The notes beneath the pieces are model-generated. The model made no database searches. It was not told the DNA's origin and saw only the letters and a program-made list of their open reading frames with translations. Source: a virus (taxonomy: Duplodnaviria; Caudoviricetes). From it: a stretch of 64,000 nt of DNA. This document shows, in pieces, positions 17,274 to 26,452 of the stretch. A program made the translations under genes and the position numbers. Position 1 is the first letter of the stretch. Each line of letters starts with the position of its first letter. The stretch is from the IMG/VR virus record IMGVR_UViG_3300044656_000027, positions 1 through 64,000 of that record, one strand, 5' to 3'.

Positions 17274-19366
17274 TAATCCTTCGCATCTGCCCAGTTGCTT
17301 ACTACAGCAATCTTCTCCCTAGTCATTGCCAGCGGTACCTTGATGAGATCCTGAATCTCTGCTCCAGACATAGCTTCCAGGAGCATTGCACAGCCCTCTT
17401 CGATCCTGTCATCAGGACACTGAATGACTAGCTCATCGTGCACAGACAGAATCATATGGATCTCTCGACCCGGATTCAGCTTGGCATCCTCTCGGGTAGC
17501 CTTGTGCATGCGAATCATCGCAAGCTTGATGATATCACCAAGTGATCCCTGAACCAAAGAGTTGATGACCTGTCGCTCTCCACGTGCCAACACCGAACGA
17601 ACAGCACTGCTGTGACGCTCAGGCTCATACCACGGGAGGTTAACGGCTTCCTGCTCTGCAATACGGGGAACAATTTCCCACACACGACGCTTACGCCCAA
17701 GGATGGTACGAATGAACGGAGTTCCATTGCGCCCGCGCTTCTGCGCAAGAGCAACAATCTTATCCTTCCATTCATAAATCTCTGGGAATGCAATTCGGTG
17801 GTCATCGAGAAGCTTATTAGCCTCTTCCACTGTAATATTCAGCGTCTTCGCAATCTTAGGAGCCTGAGCACCATAAACAATAGCGAAGTTCAGAGTCTTG
17901 GCTGCATCTCGCATCCACTTCTCTACATCTGCAACAGCTACACCGAAGACCAGCGCTGCTGTCTGAGTGTGTGCGTCAATCCCTGCATGGAAACCATCGT
18001 AAAGACCACCATACCCAATCATGGAGGCAAGGACTCGAAGCTCCATCTGTGCGTAGTCAGCCACAAGGAACTTATATCCCTCAGGCGGAGCGAACAGACC
18101 ACGGACCTTCTTACCCAGCTCAGTCTTGGGTGCAGGAATGTTCTGGAGATTAGGTTCACGGGAAGAGAAACGTCCAGTCAGAGTACCGTACTGCACCAGG
18201 TCAGTAAAGATACGACCATCGAAGATACGACACGGCTTCTTATCGTTGCCTTCCACTCCCAGATATCCGTACACATATGTACTCAGGAGCTTATTGACTT
18301 CTGCATAAGCCAGTAGCGCATCAACTACTGGATTACCTTCGAATGACTTTAGTGACTCTGCATCCGTGGAGTAATCCAGAATGGTCAGCTCTTCGTGCCT
18401 CTGCTTTTTCTTCTTCCCGCCGTCAGTCAGCTTGAAAGGCTTTAGTCCCTGACCACCTTCCTTCTTAGGTCCATAAAGGATCTCGCATTTCTGCTGAGAG
18501 GAGTTGATATTGAACAGCTTTCCAGCCGCACGATATACATTTGCCTCAAGAACTTCCAGCCGTGCAGAGAGATCCTTCTCCAGATCCAGAATCGCCTGAA
18601 CGTCCACAGGAGCCCCGATGACACGCATCTGGGAGCAGACCTCAGTCACCTGGTTTTCGAGCCCCAGAATGGCCTCTACGTCCTCCTGAGACACCATCTG
18701 ACGGAACTTGCGGTAGAGCAGCCAGTCCTTACGAACGTCATAGAGAAGATAGCGAGCCACCTTGATGAACTCGTGCTTCTCAATGCACTTACCAACCTCT
18801 TCCTTGTCGTAATCGACACCGAAGTACCACTTGGTAAGGACCTTGAGACCCTTGTTCATCGGACGCTTACGCCATCCATAGGTGAACTCACCAATGTTCT
18901 CATCGATACCCCACTGCATGACAATGGTGTCGGTGTACGGGCCACAGGGGATGTCTCCAAAGCCGTCGTACATTGACGCAGCATCAAAGGTTTCACTGTG
19001 AGCAATCTTAATGATCTCAGGATGGAAGAACAGCGGACGCAGGATCTCGTAGACCACAGAGGGCTTGAGCTGAGTCGGAGGAGCATCAAAGGTCGGAGGG
19101 AAATTCTCGAACTTCCCTGTCTCCTTATTCTTCTTCCGGTATTCCTTCTTTAGAAGTACATTTCCATTAGGGTGTCCCATGGGAATGACAATAGAGCGAC
19201 CATAAGTAGCCAACCCAATCCACACCACTCGGTTCCGTGCCGGAACACCTCGCGTATCTGGTTCACTGCCATCCATTGTTTCTACGTCGAATACAAATGC
19301 ATCCTGCTTGAGGAAATAAGCAACCTCTTCCTTAAGACGCTTAGCGTCTAGGATAATCTCTTCCAT
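17273..19366 (-). CDS. polA: Family A DNA polymerase with 3'-5' exonuclease
   Basis: FDVET, TGRFSSREPNLQNIP, motif A ADYAQMELR, motif B R..AKTLNFAIVYG, motif C VHDE. Confidence 0.96.
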   Translation of the reverse strand: MEEIILDAKRLKEEVAYFLKQDAFVFDVETMDGSEPDTRGVPARNRVVWIGLATYGRSIVIPMGHPNGNVLLKKEYRKKNKETGKFENFPPTFDAPPTQLKPSVVYEILRPLFFHPEIIKIAHSETFDAASMYDGFGDIPCGPYTDTIVMQWGIDENIGEFTYGWRKRPMNKGLKVLTKWYFGVDYDKEEVGKCIEKHEFIKVARYLLYDVRKDWLLYRKFRQMVSQEDVEAILGLENQVTEVCSQMRVIGAPVDVQAILDLEKDLSARLEVLEANVYRAAGKLFNINSSQQKCEILYGPKKEGGQGLKPFKLTDGGKKKKQRHEELTILDYSTDAESLKSFEGNPVVDALLAYAEVNKLLSTYVYGYLGVEGNDKKPCRIFDGRIFTDLVQYGTLTGRFSSREPNLQNIPAPKTELGKKVRGLFAPPEGYKFLVADYAQMELRVLASMIGYGGLYDGFHAGIDAHTQTAALVFGVAVADVEKWMRDAAKTLNFAIVYGAQAPKIAKTLNITVEEANKLLDDHRIAFPEIYEWKDKIVALAQKRGRNGTPFIRTILGRKRRVWEIVPRIAEQEAVNLPWYEPERHSSAVRSVLARGERQVINSLVQGSLGDIIKLAMIRMHKATREDAKLNPGREIHMILSVHDELVIQCPDDRIEEGCAMLLEAMSGAEIQDLIKVPLAMTREKIAVVSNWADAKD

Positions 19367-19373
19367 TATCTCC

Positions 19374-19856
19374 CTATCGCTTACGGCCTCTTCTGAAATT
19401 CGGGTCTCTTACATCGCACTCCCACACAGCGATCTCATTGACGCACTCGAAGTACCCGAGCCACCCAGCATAGTATTTCTTGCCCAGGTATGTCAACTGG
19501 CTCTGCTGCACTCTCTTACCATAGTCATGGGTGTACGCCTCTGCCAGACGCTTGAGTTCCTGTGCCTGGTTGGGGTCTTCAAAGACATCAAGTACCTGAT
19601 AGTACCCACCATCTCTACCAAAGGTGTCACCAGTGGAATAGTCAACAACTACGACATAAACTGTATTCCCAACCATGGTATCGATTTCGAATACAGAATC
19701 TCCATACCACTTCTCTTCCACTGGAAGATCGGTCTTTTGTACCTCTACGTCTACGACTCTACCGTCATAGCTTTCTCGATTTCCCCATTCAACGTCGGGC
19801 GGCTCACCAGGATCAGTCATCCATACATCAGTTTCAACTAAAACCTTTACGTGCAT
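19374..19856 (-). CDS. Hypothetical protein
   Basis: MHVKV start behind AGGAGG; YSTGDTFG and WLGYFE. Confidence 0.65.
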   Translation of the reverse strand: MHVKVLVETDVWMTDPGEPPDVEWGNRESYDGRVVDVEVQKTDLPVEEKWYGDSVFEIDTMVGNTVYVVVVDYSTGDTFGRDGGYYQVLDVFEDPNQAQELKRLAEAYTHDYGKRVQQSQLTYLGKKYYAGWLGYFECVNEIAVWECDVRDPNFRRGRKR

Positions 19857-19873
19857 TTCTATTCCTCCTATGG

Positions 19874-19907
19874 GAAAGCCCCCCACCTAATTAAAGGCAG
19901 GGGGCTT
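19874..19907 (-). terminator. Terminator-like hairpin after ssb
   Basis: AAGCCCCCTGCCT-TTAATT-AGGTGGGGGGCTT-TCC. Confidence 0.75.
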
Positions 19908-19916
19908 AACAATTAA

Positions 19917-20615
19917 TTACTTAGTGTCCTTGTTGTAGGACAGACCCTCAGCGATCTCAGCCACCTTGCTCGGAGTATTGATGAACACAGTCTCCTCACC
20001 ATAGCAACGAGTCTGCGCCTCTTCAATCTCAGAGTCAGTCATCGGAATGATGCCGAACTCCTCTTCCACCATGCTGCGGTTCAGCGGGACAACAGTCACA
20101 CCATTACCACGAACGTACATGAGCTGGAAGTAACGACGCGGGTCATTGAGATCCATCTTCTCCATGTAACCCTGGAGAGCACGTGCAACCGGGAAGGTAA
20201 AGTCCCAGACCTTGACAGTCCAACCGTCCTCAGTAGCAGAGTTGGGGTCACTCATCTCAACAACGTTGATACGGTAGACCTCAGCCGCCTTGTAGTTCTT
20301 GGCGCACAGCGGGCAGTTGCCACCGTGGCAGTAGATCGGAGGACGACCCGGAATAAAGTGACGACGCCAACGAGCCACAGGCTCATCATCGAGAATCTTG
20401 ACGATCTTGTCACCAGACTGCTTGCCGAAGTCGATGTAAGGAGCCTTGACAGTCTCACGGCGCTCCTCAGTCTCACCAGCAGAGCCCCAACCCTTGCTCA
20501 CCTTACGGGTAACAGAAGGGCGAACGGGAGTCTCGTCGTAAGACTCCTGAGTGTTCTCCTCGTAGGAGTCCTCAGTGTTCTCGTCAACAACAGCAGTGCG
20601 GGTAATCTTAGCCAT
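19917..20615 (-). CDS. Phage single-stranded DNA-binding protein (gp32-like)
   Basis: Acidic N-terminus; RHF...C.GG.CPLC Zn site; replication context; strongly biased codons. Confidence 0.75.
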   Translation of the reverse strand: MAKITRTAVVDENTEDSYEENTQESYDETPVRPSVTRKVSKGWGSAGETEERRETVKAPYIDFGKQSGDKIVKILDDEPVARWRRHFIPGRPPIYCHGGNCPLCAKNYKAAEVYRINVVEMSDPNSATEDGWTVKVWDFTFPVARALQGYMEKMDLNDPRRYFQLMYVRGNGVTVVPLNRSMVEEEFGIIPMTDSEIEEAQTRCYGEETVFINTPSKVAEIAEGLSYNKDTK

Positions 20616-20670
20616 AAATATTTCTCCTAGTTAGTTTGGCACTTACGCCGATATCAGGAATTAGTTGGAA

Positions 20671-21018
20671 TTACTCAGCGCTAAAGTCAACCTGCTTAGC
20701 AATTGACCGTGGCTGCTTGGTCAGCATCTTGAACATTGTCATGTCGGGATGCTGAATGGAGTCTAGCACATGGCCGAACCGTGTGCTTAGGGCTCCCAGG
20801 TCAGTATCTGTGGGAACCTCTACAGTAACAGACGCGAAGCTGTCTGCACTCTCGTAGTCTCCCATGTTGACCTTGAAGGAACGACTAATCGCTACCTTCA
20901 TTGTGTCACCAAGTATATCAGTCGTAACTGTCACTGGCGTCTCAACAAACTCTGGAACAGTTCGTGTGCCCTCTGCTGGAACTTCGTCTCGCTCAACCTT
21001 ACGCCTTTGTGCGGCCAA
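20671..21018 (-). CDS. Hypothetical protein
   Basis: FKVNMGDYES motif; start uncertain. Confidence 0.6.
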   Translation of the reverse strand: MAAQRRKVERDEVPAEGTRTVPEFVETPVTVTTDILGDTMKVAISRSFKVNMGDYESADSFASVTVEVPTDTDLGALSTRFGHVLDSIQHPDMTMFKMLTKQPRSIAKQVDFSAE

Positions 21019-21365
21019 AGTACGCCTTCCTCTCTAGCAATCTTGATCAGGCCCTCAACCATAGCACGTGTGTACATGCGTCGTCTACCATTCGGCGTGC
21101 TGGAGGGCTTGACGTATGGGGACTTGGGGATGATACCTTCTTTCTCCCACGCACGCAAGGTGTTACTTGACCTGTTGCCAAGTGCCTTGCCGAGTTGGCC
21201 GATGGAAAAGAACTCCTGCTCTTTTCCACCGACCGTGAAGATATTAGGCTTGTCATCCCATTTCTCAATGTATTCCTCTTGGACTTCTCGAAATTCCTTA
21301 TGAAGAATAGGAGTTCGAGAACCGGGAAACATTCTATTTAGTTCTTCTTGCCAGGATGTAGCCAT
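20931..21365 (-). CDS. MerR-type HTH DNA-binding protein
   Basis: FSIGQLGKALG..SNTLRAWEKEGIIP...GRRRMYT. Confidence 0.85.
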   Translation of the reverse strand: MATSWQEELNRMFPGSRTPILHKEFREVQEEYIEKWDDKPNIFTVGGKEQEFFSIGQLGKALGNRSSNTLRAWEKEGIIPKSPYVKPSSTPNGRRRMYTRAMVEGLIKIAREEGVLWPHKGVRLSETKFQQRAHELFQSLLRRQ

Positions 21366-21372
21366 TTATTCC

Positions 21373-21879
21373 TTAGTCGTGATCGTATTCGAACTGAACA
21401 ACACGGTCAGGAGTCACAACGACAGTAGTATGATCTCCGAAAGTCTCACACAGCACACGCTCAAACTCACTCATGTTGGGAAACACAATATCACCCTTTA
21501 CAAAACCATCCGGGTGAGGATACTTCACAGACCATGGCTTCTCGTAGGAGTAGAAGTCCGTAGGCACATAGTCAGCGATGATCTCACCGTTCTCGTCGTA
21601 ACGGTCGTCCTCATCTCCGTCTTCCTCCCTCAACCAGGCGTTTGCTACGTGCGGATTAGAGGTGTAAGAGATATCACCAACGCCAAACTCACACGGCTCA
21701 CCATCATTGAAGTAAGGAGTGTACTGACGCCATGCAATTGCCTTGATGCCCTTAGCAAATGCCTCCTTGAAATAAGGAACCAGCTCCTCCATAGGACGCT
21801 GGTCGTAATAGCTGCGACCAAAGTTGTAGTATCCCTCAACAGGAATACCCATAAACGTACGGTTATCAGACTTACCCAT
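21373..21879 (-). CDS. Hypothetical protein, partner of the DUF6915-like gene
   Basis: WRQYTPYFNDGEPCEF, FGDH and terminal EYDHD; ATG 21879 behind AAGGAG. Confidence 0.7.
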   Translation of the reverse strand: MGKSDNRTFMGIPVEGYYNFGRSYYDQRPMEELVPYFKEAFAKGIKAIAWRQYTPYFNDGEPCEFGVGDISYTSNPHVANAWLREEDGDEDDRYDENGEIIADYVPTDFYSYEKPWSVKYPHPDGFVKGDIVFPNMSEFERVLCETFGDHTTVVVTPDRVVQFEYDHD

Positions 21880-22240
21880 TACTCTCCTTGTTGAATACAT
21901 CGTCAAAACTACCGTGATCCTTACGCTTTGCCCCAGACATCCAAGGCTTTAGGAGCATACCATCGATGTAGTCCTTGGGGCTAGGCAGCCAACCAAGATC
22001 CTCTTCTATGTGCTGCTCTGCAATAAGTCGCACAGGAACTTCCTTGCGGCCAACCTGGAGTACCTTACCAAAGATTTGCTGGCAAAGGAAGACCCCCAGT
22101 GTGTGGTGATACAGACTACGATGCCGAGCGTCACCGATTACCTGCTTGGACGAATCAATAAATTCATGAATGGCAAGGTAATCTTCTGGAGTACCACCCC
22201 ACTTATGCGCACTAGACTTAGCGTGGTACCAGGAATTCAC
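21872..22240 (-). CDS. DUF6915-like His-rich protein
   Basis: HAKSS..KWGG.PEDY..IH.F.D.SK....D.RHR...HH..G and AEQHI.ED.G..PS..D. Confidence 0.8.
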   Translation of the reverse strand: MNSWYHAKSSAHKWGGTPEDYLAIHEFIDSSKQVIGDARHRSLYHHTLGVFLCQQIFGKVLQVGRKEVPVRLIAEQHIEEDLGWLPSPKDYIDGMLLKPWMSGAKRKDHGSFDDVFNKESNG

Positions 22241-22449
22241 AGAGAATACAGCTCCTTGAGGTAGTTACGCTCATCCTTGTACTCCTTGTGGAGCATCTTG
22301 AAATGCTTGTACAGACGCTCAGTGAAATCCCAGTCCACCATCATGGCGTCAAGGTCAACGATGAACTCGAACAGAGCATCATCATCTCGCGTCTGGATCA
22401 GTGCGTCAAGCACATCAGCAGGGTCAATAGCAACATTCAGGTCCAGCAT
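22237..22449 (-). CDS. Hypothetical protein
   Basis: MLDLNV start behind GAGGAG. Confidence 0.55.
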   Translation of the reverse strand: MLDLNVAIDPADVLDALIQTRDDDALFEFIVDLDAMMVDWDFTERLYKHFKMLHKEYKDERNYLKELYSL

Positions 22450-22451
22450 TC

Positions 22452-22763
22452 TTACTCCTCTTCGAAATACTTGTACAGGTAAAATCCGTCTACCAACTTG
22501 ATGTCGTCCACCAGCATCCATGGACTGTAGGCTAGGTTATAACCTCCGTTACCAGAGCGCAACTCATCGAATACCTCTCGGCATTTGATGATGTAATAGC
22601 GCTCCTTGTCCTCAGGGTCCAACCAAGTGTGTACAATCTCTACACGAATAGAGTTGTAGGTGGTTTCAAAGCTATTATTGAACATCGAATCCACTTCATA
22701 AAGTGGAATGTCATAGGGCACTGACGGGAGTCCATTCATACTTGACAACAGGAAGCTTGACAA
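22452..22763 (-). CDS. Hypothetical protein
   Basis: ORF within the operon; true start probably downstream of 22763. Confidence 0.5.
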   Translation of the reverse strand: MSSFLLSSMNGLPSVPYDIPLYEVDSMFNNSFETTYNSIRVEIVHTWLDPEDKERYYIIKCREVFDELRSGNGGYNLAYSPWMLVDDIKLVDGFYLYKYFEEE

Positions 22764-22998
22764 CCTCTACAGCTTCAATTACATCTGCGTCGTACCAAAG
22801 ATCTTCGCCTTCCTGGTATTCAGTAGCACCTTGCTGCCATTGAACTTGGTAATGCTTCTTCTCGTACTCGAAGACACCCTCATAATGCACTGCCCAACGG
22901 CTGGTGTCAATGATTGTCTCATCGATACAGTTGTCAGGAATCTCCAACTCTTCTAGAAGATCCCTGTGGAATTCACGAGTAACTAGTTTAGTAACCAT
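22711..22998 (-). CDS. Hypothetical protein
   Basis: DTSRW and GATEYQ motifs typical of small phage proteins. Confidence 0.65.
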   Translation of the reverse strand: MVTKLVTREFHRDLLEELEIPDNCIDETIIDTSRWAVHYEGVFEYEKKHYQVQWQQGATEYQEGEDLWYDADVIEAVEVVKLPVVKYEWTPVSAL

Positions 22999-23311
22999 AC
23001 AGATCCCTTTCTAGACACCATGCCCAAGCCTCATAGGGGTCACACTCTTTATGCCCCATCATGCCACATATCTGTCCACATTCTCCACAATGGTAATGGG
23101 ACTCACCAGCGTAATCATCTGTGCAGCAAATGTCACAATAATCGTAGTCTTCATCCTCGTAGTAGTGCTCTTCCTCCTCTTCCTCAACCTCAGGGTTCAG
23201 GAGACGAAGCATAGCATCTGCTTCCAATCTTGCCAAGCGCTCATTGCGCTCATCAATCTTCTTCTGTTCTGCGTCTTCTTCACAATAGATACAGCGACAT
23301 TCGTCGTACAT
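22988..23311 (-). CDS. Acidic Cys/His-rich protein
   Basis: CRCIYC, CDICC, HCGECG..CGMMGH; poly-Glu tract. Confidence 0.6.
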   Translation of the reverse strand: MYDECRCIYCEEDAEQKKIDERNERLARLEADAMLRLLNPEVEEEEEEHYYEDEDYDYCDICCTDDYAGESHYHCGECGQICGMMGHKECDPYEAWAWCLERDLYGY

Positions 23312-23322
23312 TATTACCTCCT

Positions 23323-23374
23323 CTAATTATCCATAGCTACCTCCCTTTTCAGGGAGATAACTAAAGCTAATTAG
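23323..23374 (-). ncRNA. Conserved intergenic structured element, copy 3
   Basis: CTAATTA-GCTT-TA-GTTATCTCCCT-GAAA-AGGGAGGTAGC-TA-TGGA-TAATTAG. Confidence 0.8.
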
Positions 23375-23802
23375 CGACGACCCGAGCGAGAACCACCGCT
23401 CGAACCAAAGCCACTACGCGGACCAGAACCGTAGCGAGTACCGCCACCACCTGCACGGCAAGAGTTGCAGCCCTGAACCTTGTAGCCACGCGAAGTGGAC
23501 ACCATACCAGATCCCAGACGCGGACGACCAACCGTGACACCCTTTGGCACAGTCACGTGAATGTGCAACGGGTTAGCGTACAGGTAGGTGTGGGAACGGT
23601 AGTAAGTGGGAGAAACATAGACCAGTCGCGGAGACGGGTACTCAACCCACACGTGCGTGGTGCTGTAGTAACCGTACTCATACTCAGCGATGTTACCGCT
23701 GTCGTCGTTGGTGTAGTTGTCTCCCTGACCATCACAGGCAACCGCTCCGCTGAGAACAGCCAGAGCCAGGACCGTGCTAGCGAGCGCCTTGCCAACCTTC
23801 AT
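23371..23802 (-). CDS. Lipoprotein with Tyr-rich core and Gly/Arg-rich tail
   Basis: Signal peptide with lipobox-like AVA-C; tail GGGGTRYGSGPRSGFGSSGGSRSGRR. Confidence 0.75.
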   Translation of the reverse strand: MKVGKALASTVLALAVLSGAVACDGQGDNYTNDDSGNIAEYEYGYYSTTHVWVEYPSPRLVYVSPTYYRSHTYLYANPLHIHVTVPKGVTVGRPRLGSGMVSTSRGYKVQGCNSCRAGGGGTRYGSGPRSGFGSSGGSRSGRR

Positions 23803-23814
23803 TGCTACTCCTTA

Positions 23815-24024
23815 TTAGATGCCGAGTTCCTGTATGAACAAATCTTTGTCGCCAAAGTCGTGCATTTGGTACCCAATGTAGAGGTTAACTTCGTTCCCCT
23901 CTGGCTTTGCGTAGACAGCATATCCATCTGCGCTAGCTTCGTCAAGCAGTTCACCAAGGACTGTTGCCCATTGCTCTAACGATCGGAAGGCCACCATTAC
24001 TCCTTCGTAGGTAGGAAGCTCCAT
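23815..24024 (-). CDS. Hypothetical protein
   Basis: 69 aa. Confidence 0.5.
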   Translation of the reverse strand: MELPTYEGVMVAFRSLEQWATVLGELLDEASADGYAVYAKPEGNEVNLYIGYQMHDFGDKDLFIQELGI

Positions 24025-24440
24025 GTGACGGTAGTGTCAAAGAAGCTGTCGAGCTCTTCCTGAGTGAGCATATCATTGACGAACATTTCCCACAACCCGT
24101 CCTGATCAACTTCCCAGGTCTGGTGCAGAACCTTGATGCCGTTCACCATACCATCCTTACGTCCGGCTGATGTGCACTCAAGGATATATTCAATGACGCG
24201 TTCCTCGTTGAGTACCTTACTCTCCTTGCGGACTCTTTGCAAGCCCTTGTACTTCTGGCCGAAGACCTCTAGTGGCTCTTCGAACCCGATCACGAGTGAT
24301 CCTCTCGCATTAGGCTCTGCGTTGTCAAGGTAGGGAGCTAGCTGCTCCTTCACGGCTTCCTGCTGTGCCTTGGCATCCTTGATCTCCTGAGCCAGAAGAA
24401 GATACTTGCCAGTCATGGCCTTTACTACTGCATCATCCAT
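23997..24440 (-). CDS. Hypothetical protein with N-terminal coiled coil
   Basis: 147 aa; coupled to the helicase gene. Confidence 0.6.
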   Translation of the reverse strand: MDDAVVKAMTGKYLLLAQEIKDAKAQQEAVKEQLAPYLDNAEPNARGSLVIGFEEPLEVFGQKYKGLQRVRKESKVLNEERVIEYILECTSAGRKDGMVNGIKVLHQTWEVDQDGLWEMFVNDMLTQEELDSFFDTTVTWSFLPTKE

Positions 24441-25992
24441 TTAAATAGTCCTTAAGGAATTTGGTTAGGCTAGTGACGTCATTGTCTAAATTACCAGCAC
24501 GGTCTGACAATCCAGTTAAAACCGCACTTGATACTCTGCCTTTATAGGCAAGTCTTTGTTGTTGATATTCTTCAATGCTTCCTTTGACCAAGAGATTGTC
24601 AATGTAGACGTGCCGAAACTTAGAATTAGCTCTGACGTGTCGCCCGTTTCGCTGTTTAAGTGCTCCCGAAGAGTCTGGGAGATTGAAGTTGATAAGGTGC
24701 GAAGCTGCGTAAAGATCAACTCCGTATCCTCCTGCGTCAGAGGATAGAAATAGCCTGCAATCACTATCGTTTGTAAATCGGGAGATAGCCTCTCCACGTT
24801 GTCTTCCATTTAAATCTCCTGAAAATAGAACAGGATTGTATTCTTTTAATTCCTTTTCAAGCATAGGAAGAATTCCCTTGTACTTTGAAAAGACAATTAC
24901 TTTATGAGAGCTATTTGCTTTTAAATATTCCTCTGCCAATTCAACGCACGCTTCAAGCTTCGGACCCACTGAGAGCCCTCTGAGGGCATCAAGGAGTCCT
25001 GCGGCGTACTTACTACCTCCGTCGTCTCCTGACTCGTTGTAGCGTTCTCCAGAGGCTCTGAGCAGCGTTGGAGAAGAGAGGAGTAGTTGCGCTGCACCAA
25101 GTCTCGATCCGATAGGCCCAAGTTGATGGTCAGATCCACCTTGCCTTCCTCCAGAATAGTGCGCATCAAGGTCAATACTTGCTCTGTCTCCAGCGGAGTA
25201 GAGAACGTCCAAGAGGTCTCGGGCGATCCGTCGATAGACCAAGTCAATGTCGTCATCCATTTCTACATAGCAATTGTATTCTTCTACTGTTGGCATGAAT
25301 TCAGCTACGTCTTTATCATCTCTACGCTTCACAAAACACGCAGTAAGGAATTGCTTATTCAATTCAGGTACATTTCTATATCCTGTAATGATTCCTGCTG
25401 AATTCCTCTTGATGTAATTCAATTCAAAGTCACGCCAGTTACCAAAGACAGAGCGATCAATCCACTCCATGATGGAGAACATTTCCTCTGCCTTACCATT
25501 CTCAATCGGCTCGGCGGTTAAGCCAATACGATAGGTTGACTTCAACTTCTTTATAGCTTTGGTCTGCTGTGTGGAGAAGTTCTTTATCGACGTAACTTCG
25601 TCTACTAGAACTAAATCGGGAGCCATACCAATTATCAAGTCTATGTTTTGGACCACTTGCCGGATTCCCATAATCAAGTATTCCGGCGTATGTTCCATAG
25701 CGTTGCTTAATATATTCGAGCGCTTCGTAGGTGTCAGAGATCCATCCACTAACACCACGCTCTCCGAATCCGTAAACTGGTGGATTCGTTCTACCCATTG
25801 AGCCGTCAGGCTGCTGCTCATTATCAGGAGTGCGCATTTCACCTTTCCTTGTGCTCGCAACTCTTCAATGGCTGCGATAGATACGACTGTCTTTCCTGTC
25901 CCTAGGTCCAACGCAAGCAGGGCGCTTCCACGATTAAGTAGAAACGCCCTGGCTTGATCTTGATAGGGCCGTAATTCTCCAAGAAAACTCAT
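24433..25992 (-). CDS. SNF2-like SF2 helicase
   Basis: LRPYQ, DLGTGKT, VDEV, GLTAEP, SSDAGGYGVDL and QRNGR. Confidence 0.92.
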   Translation of the reverse strand: MSFLGELRPYQDQARAFLLNRGSALLALDLGTGKTVVSIAAIEELRAQGKVKCALLIMSSSLTAQWVERIHQFTDSESVVLVDGSLTPTKRSNILSNAMEHTPEYLIMGIRQVVQNIDLIIGMAPDLVLVDEVTSIKNFSTQQTKAIKKLKSTYRIGLTAEPIENGKAEEMFSIMEWIDRSVFGNWRDFELNYIKRNSAGIITGYRNVPELNKQFLTACFVKRRDDKDVAEFMPTVEEYNCYVEMDDDIDLVYRRIARDLLDVLYSAGDRASIDLDAHYSGGRQGGSDHQLGPIGSRLGAAQLLLSSPTLLRASGERYNESGDDGGSKYAAGLLDALRGLSVGPKLEACVELAEEYLKANSSHKVIVFSKYKGILPMLEKELKEYNPVLFSGDLNGRQRGEAISRFTNDSDCRLFLSSDAGGYGVDLYAASHLINFNLPDSSGALKQRNGRHVRANSKFRHVYIDNLLVKGSIEEYQQQRLAYKGRVSSAVLTGLSDRAGNLDNDVTSLTKFLKDYLNG

Positions 25993-25999
25993 GCTCGGT

Positions 26000-26008
26000 A
26001 TCTTAGCA
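26000..26008 (-). promoter_or_regulatory. Extended -10 promoter, probably giving a leaderless helicase mRNA
   Basis: TGC-TAAGAT 7 nt before the ATG; no SD. Confidence 0.5.
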
Positions 26009-26020
26009 GAGATTTCGCTT

Positions 26021-26452
26021 CTAAGCCAGTAGTGCAGGCCGATATGTCTTTAGGATTTCTATAGCCCACTCAATTTTATCTTCCACACGTTGACCAGATG
26101 GCTGGGAGCGAGACCACAGCTCAAGATTTTCTATACGGTTATCTAATCTATCGCCATTCTTGTGATGGACATTTTCGTTAGCCAGTAATGGTCTGCCTAA
26201 GTGCTTAGACATTACTAAAACATGCTCTAGAATTTGTCCATCTTTTCTAGCATTAGGATGGTCACTGTGATTGGGTATAACCAGATATCCGTTACTCGTC
26301 TTATACGGCTTACCTGCTCCCTTATCTGCTATTAGTTTTATATTAGGATCACCGTGGGTCAAGTTACGCACGTAATGTTTACGACACCAACCTTTAGCGT
26401 AGTGCTTTATATCGCAGATAGAACAGGTTTTATTTGATTTAGGTCTTGGCAT
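26021..26452 (-). CDS. HNH endonuclease (free-standing)
   Basis: CSIC..HYAKGWC..HY; EH.LVM..HLGR.L...ENVHHKNGDRLDNRIENLEL. Confidence 0.92.
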   Translation of the reverse strand: MPRPKSNKTCSICDIKHYAKGWCRKHYVRNLTHGDPNIKLIADKGAGKPYKTSNGYLVIPNHSDHPNARKDGQILEHVLVMSKHLGRPLLANENVHHKNGDRLDNRIENLELWSRSQPSGQRVEDKIEWAIEILKTYRPALLA

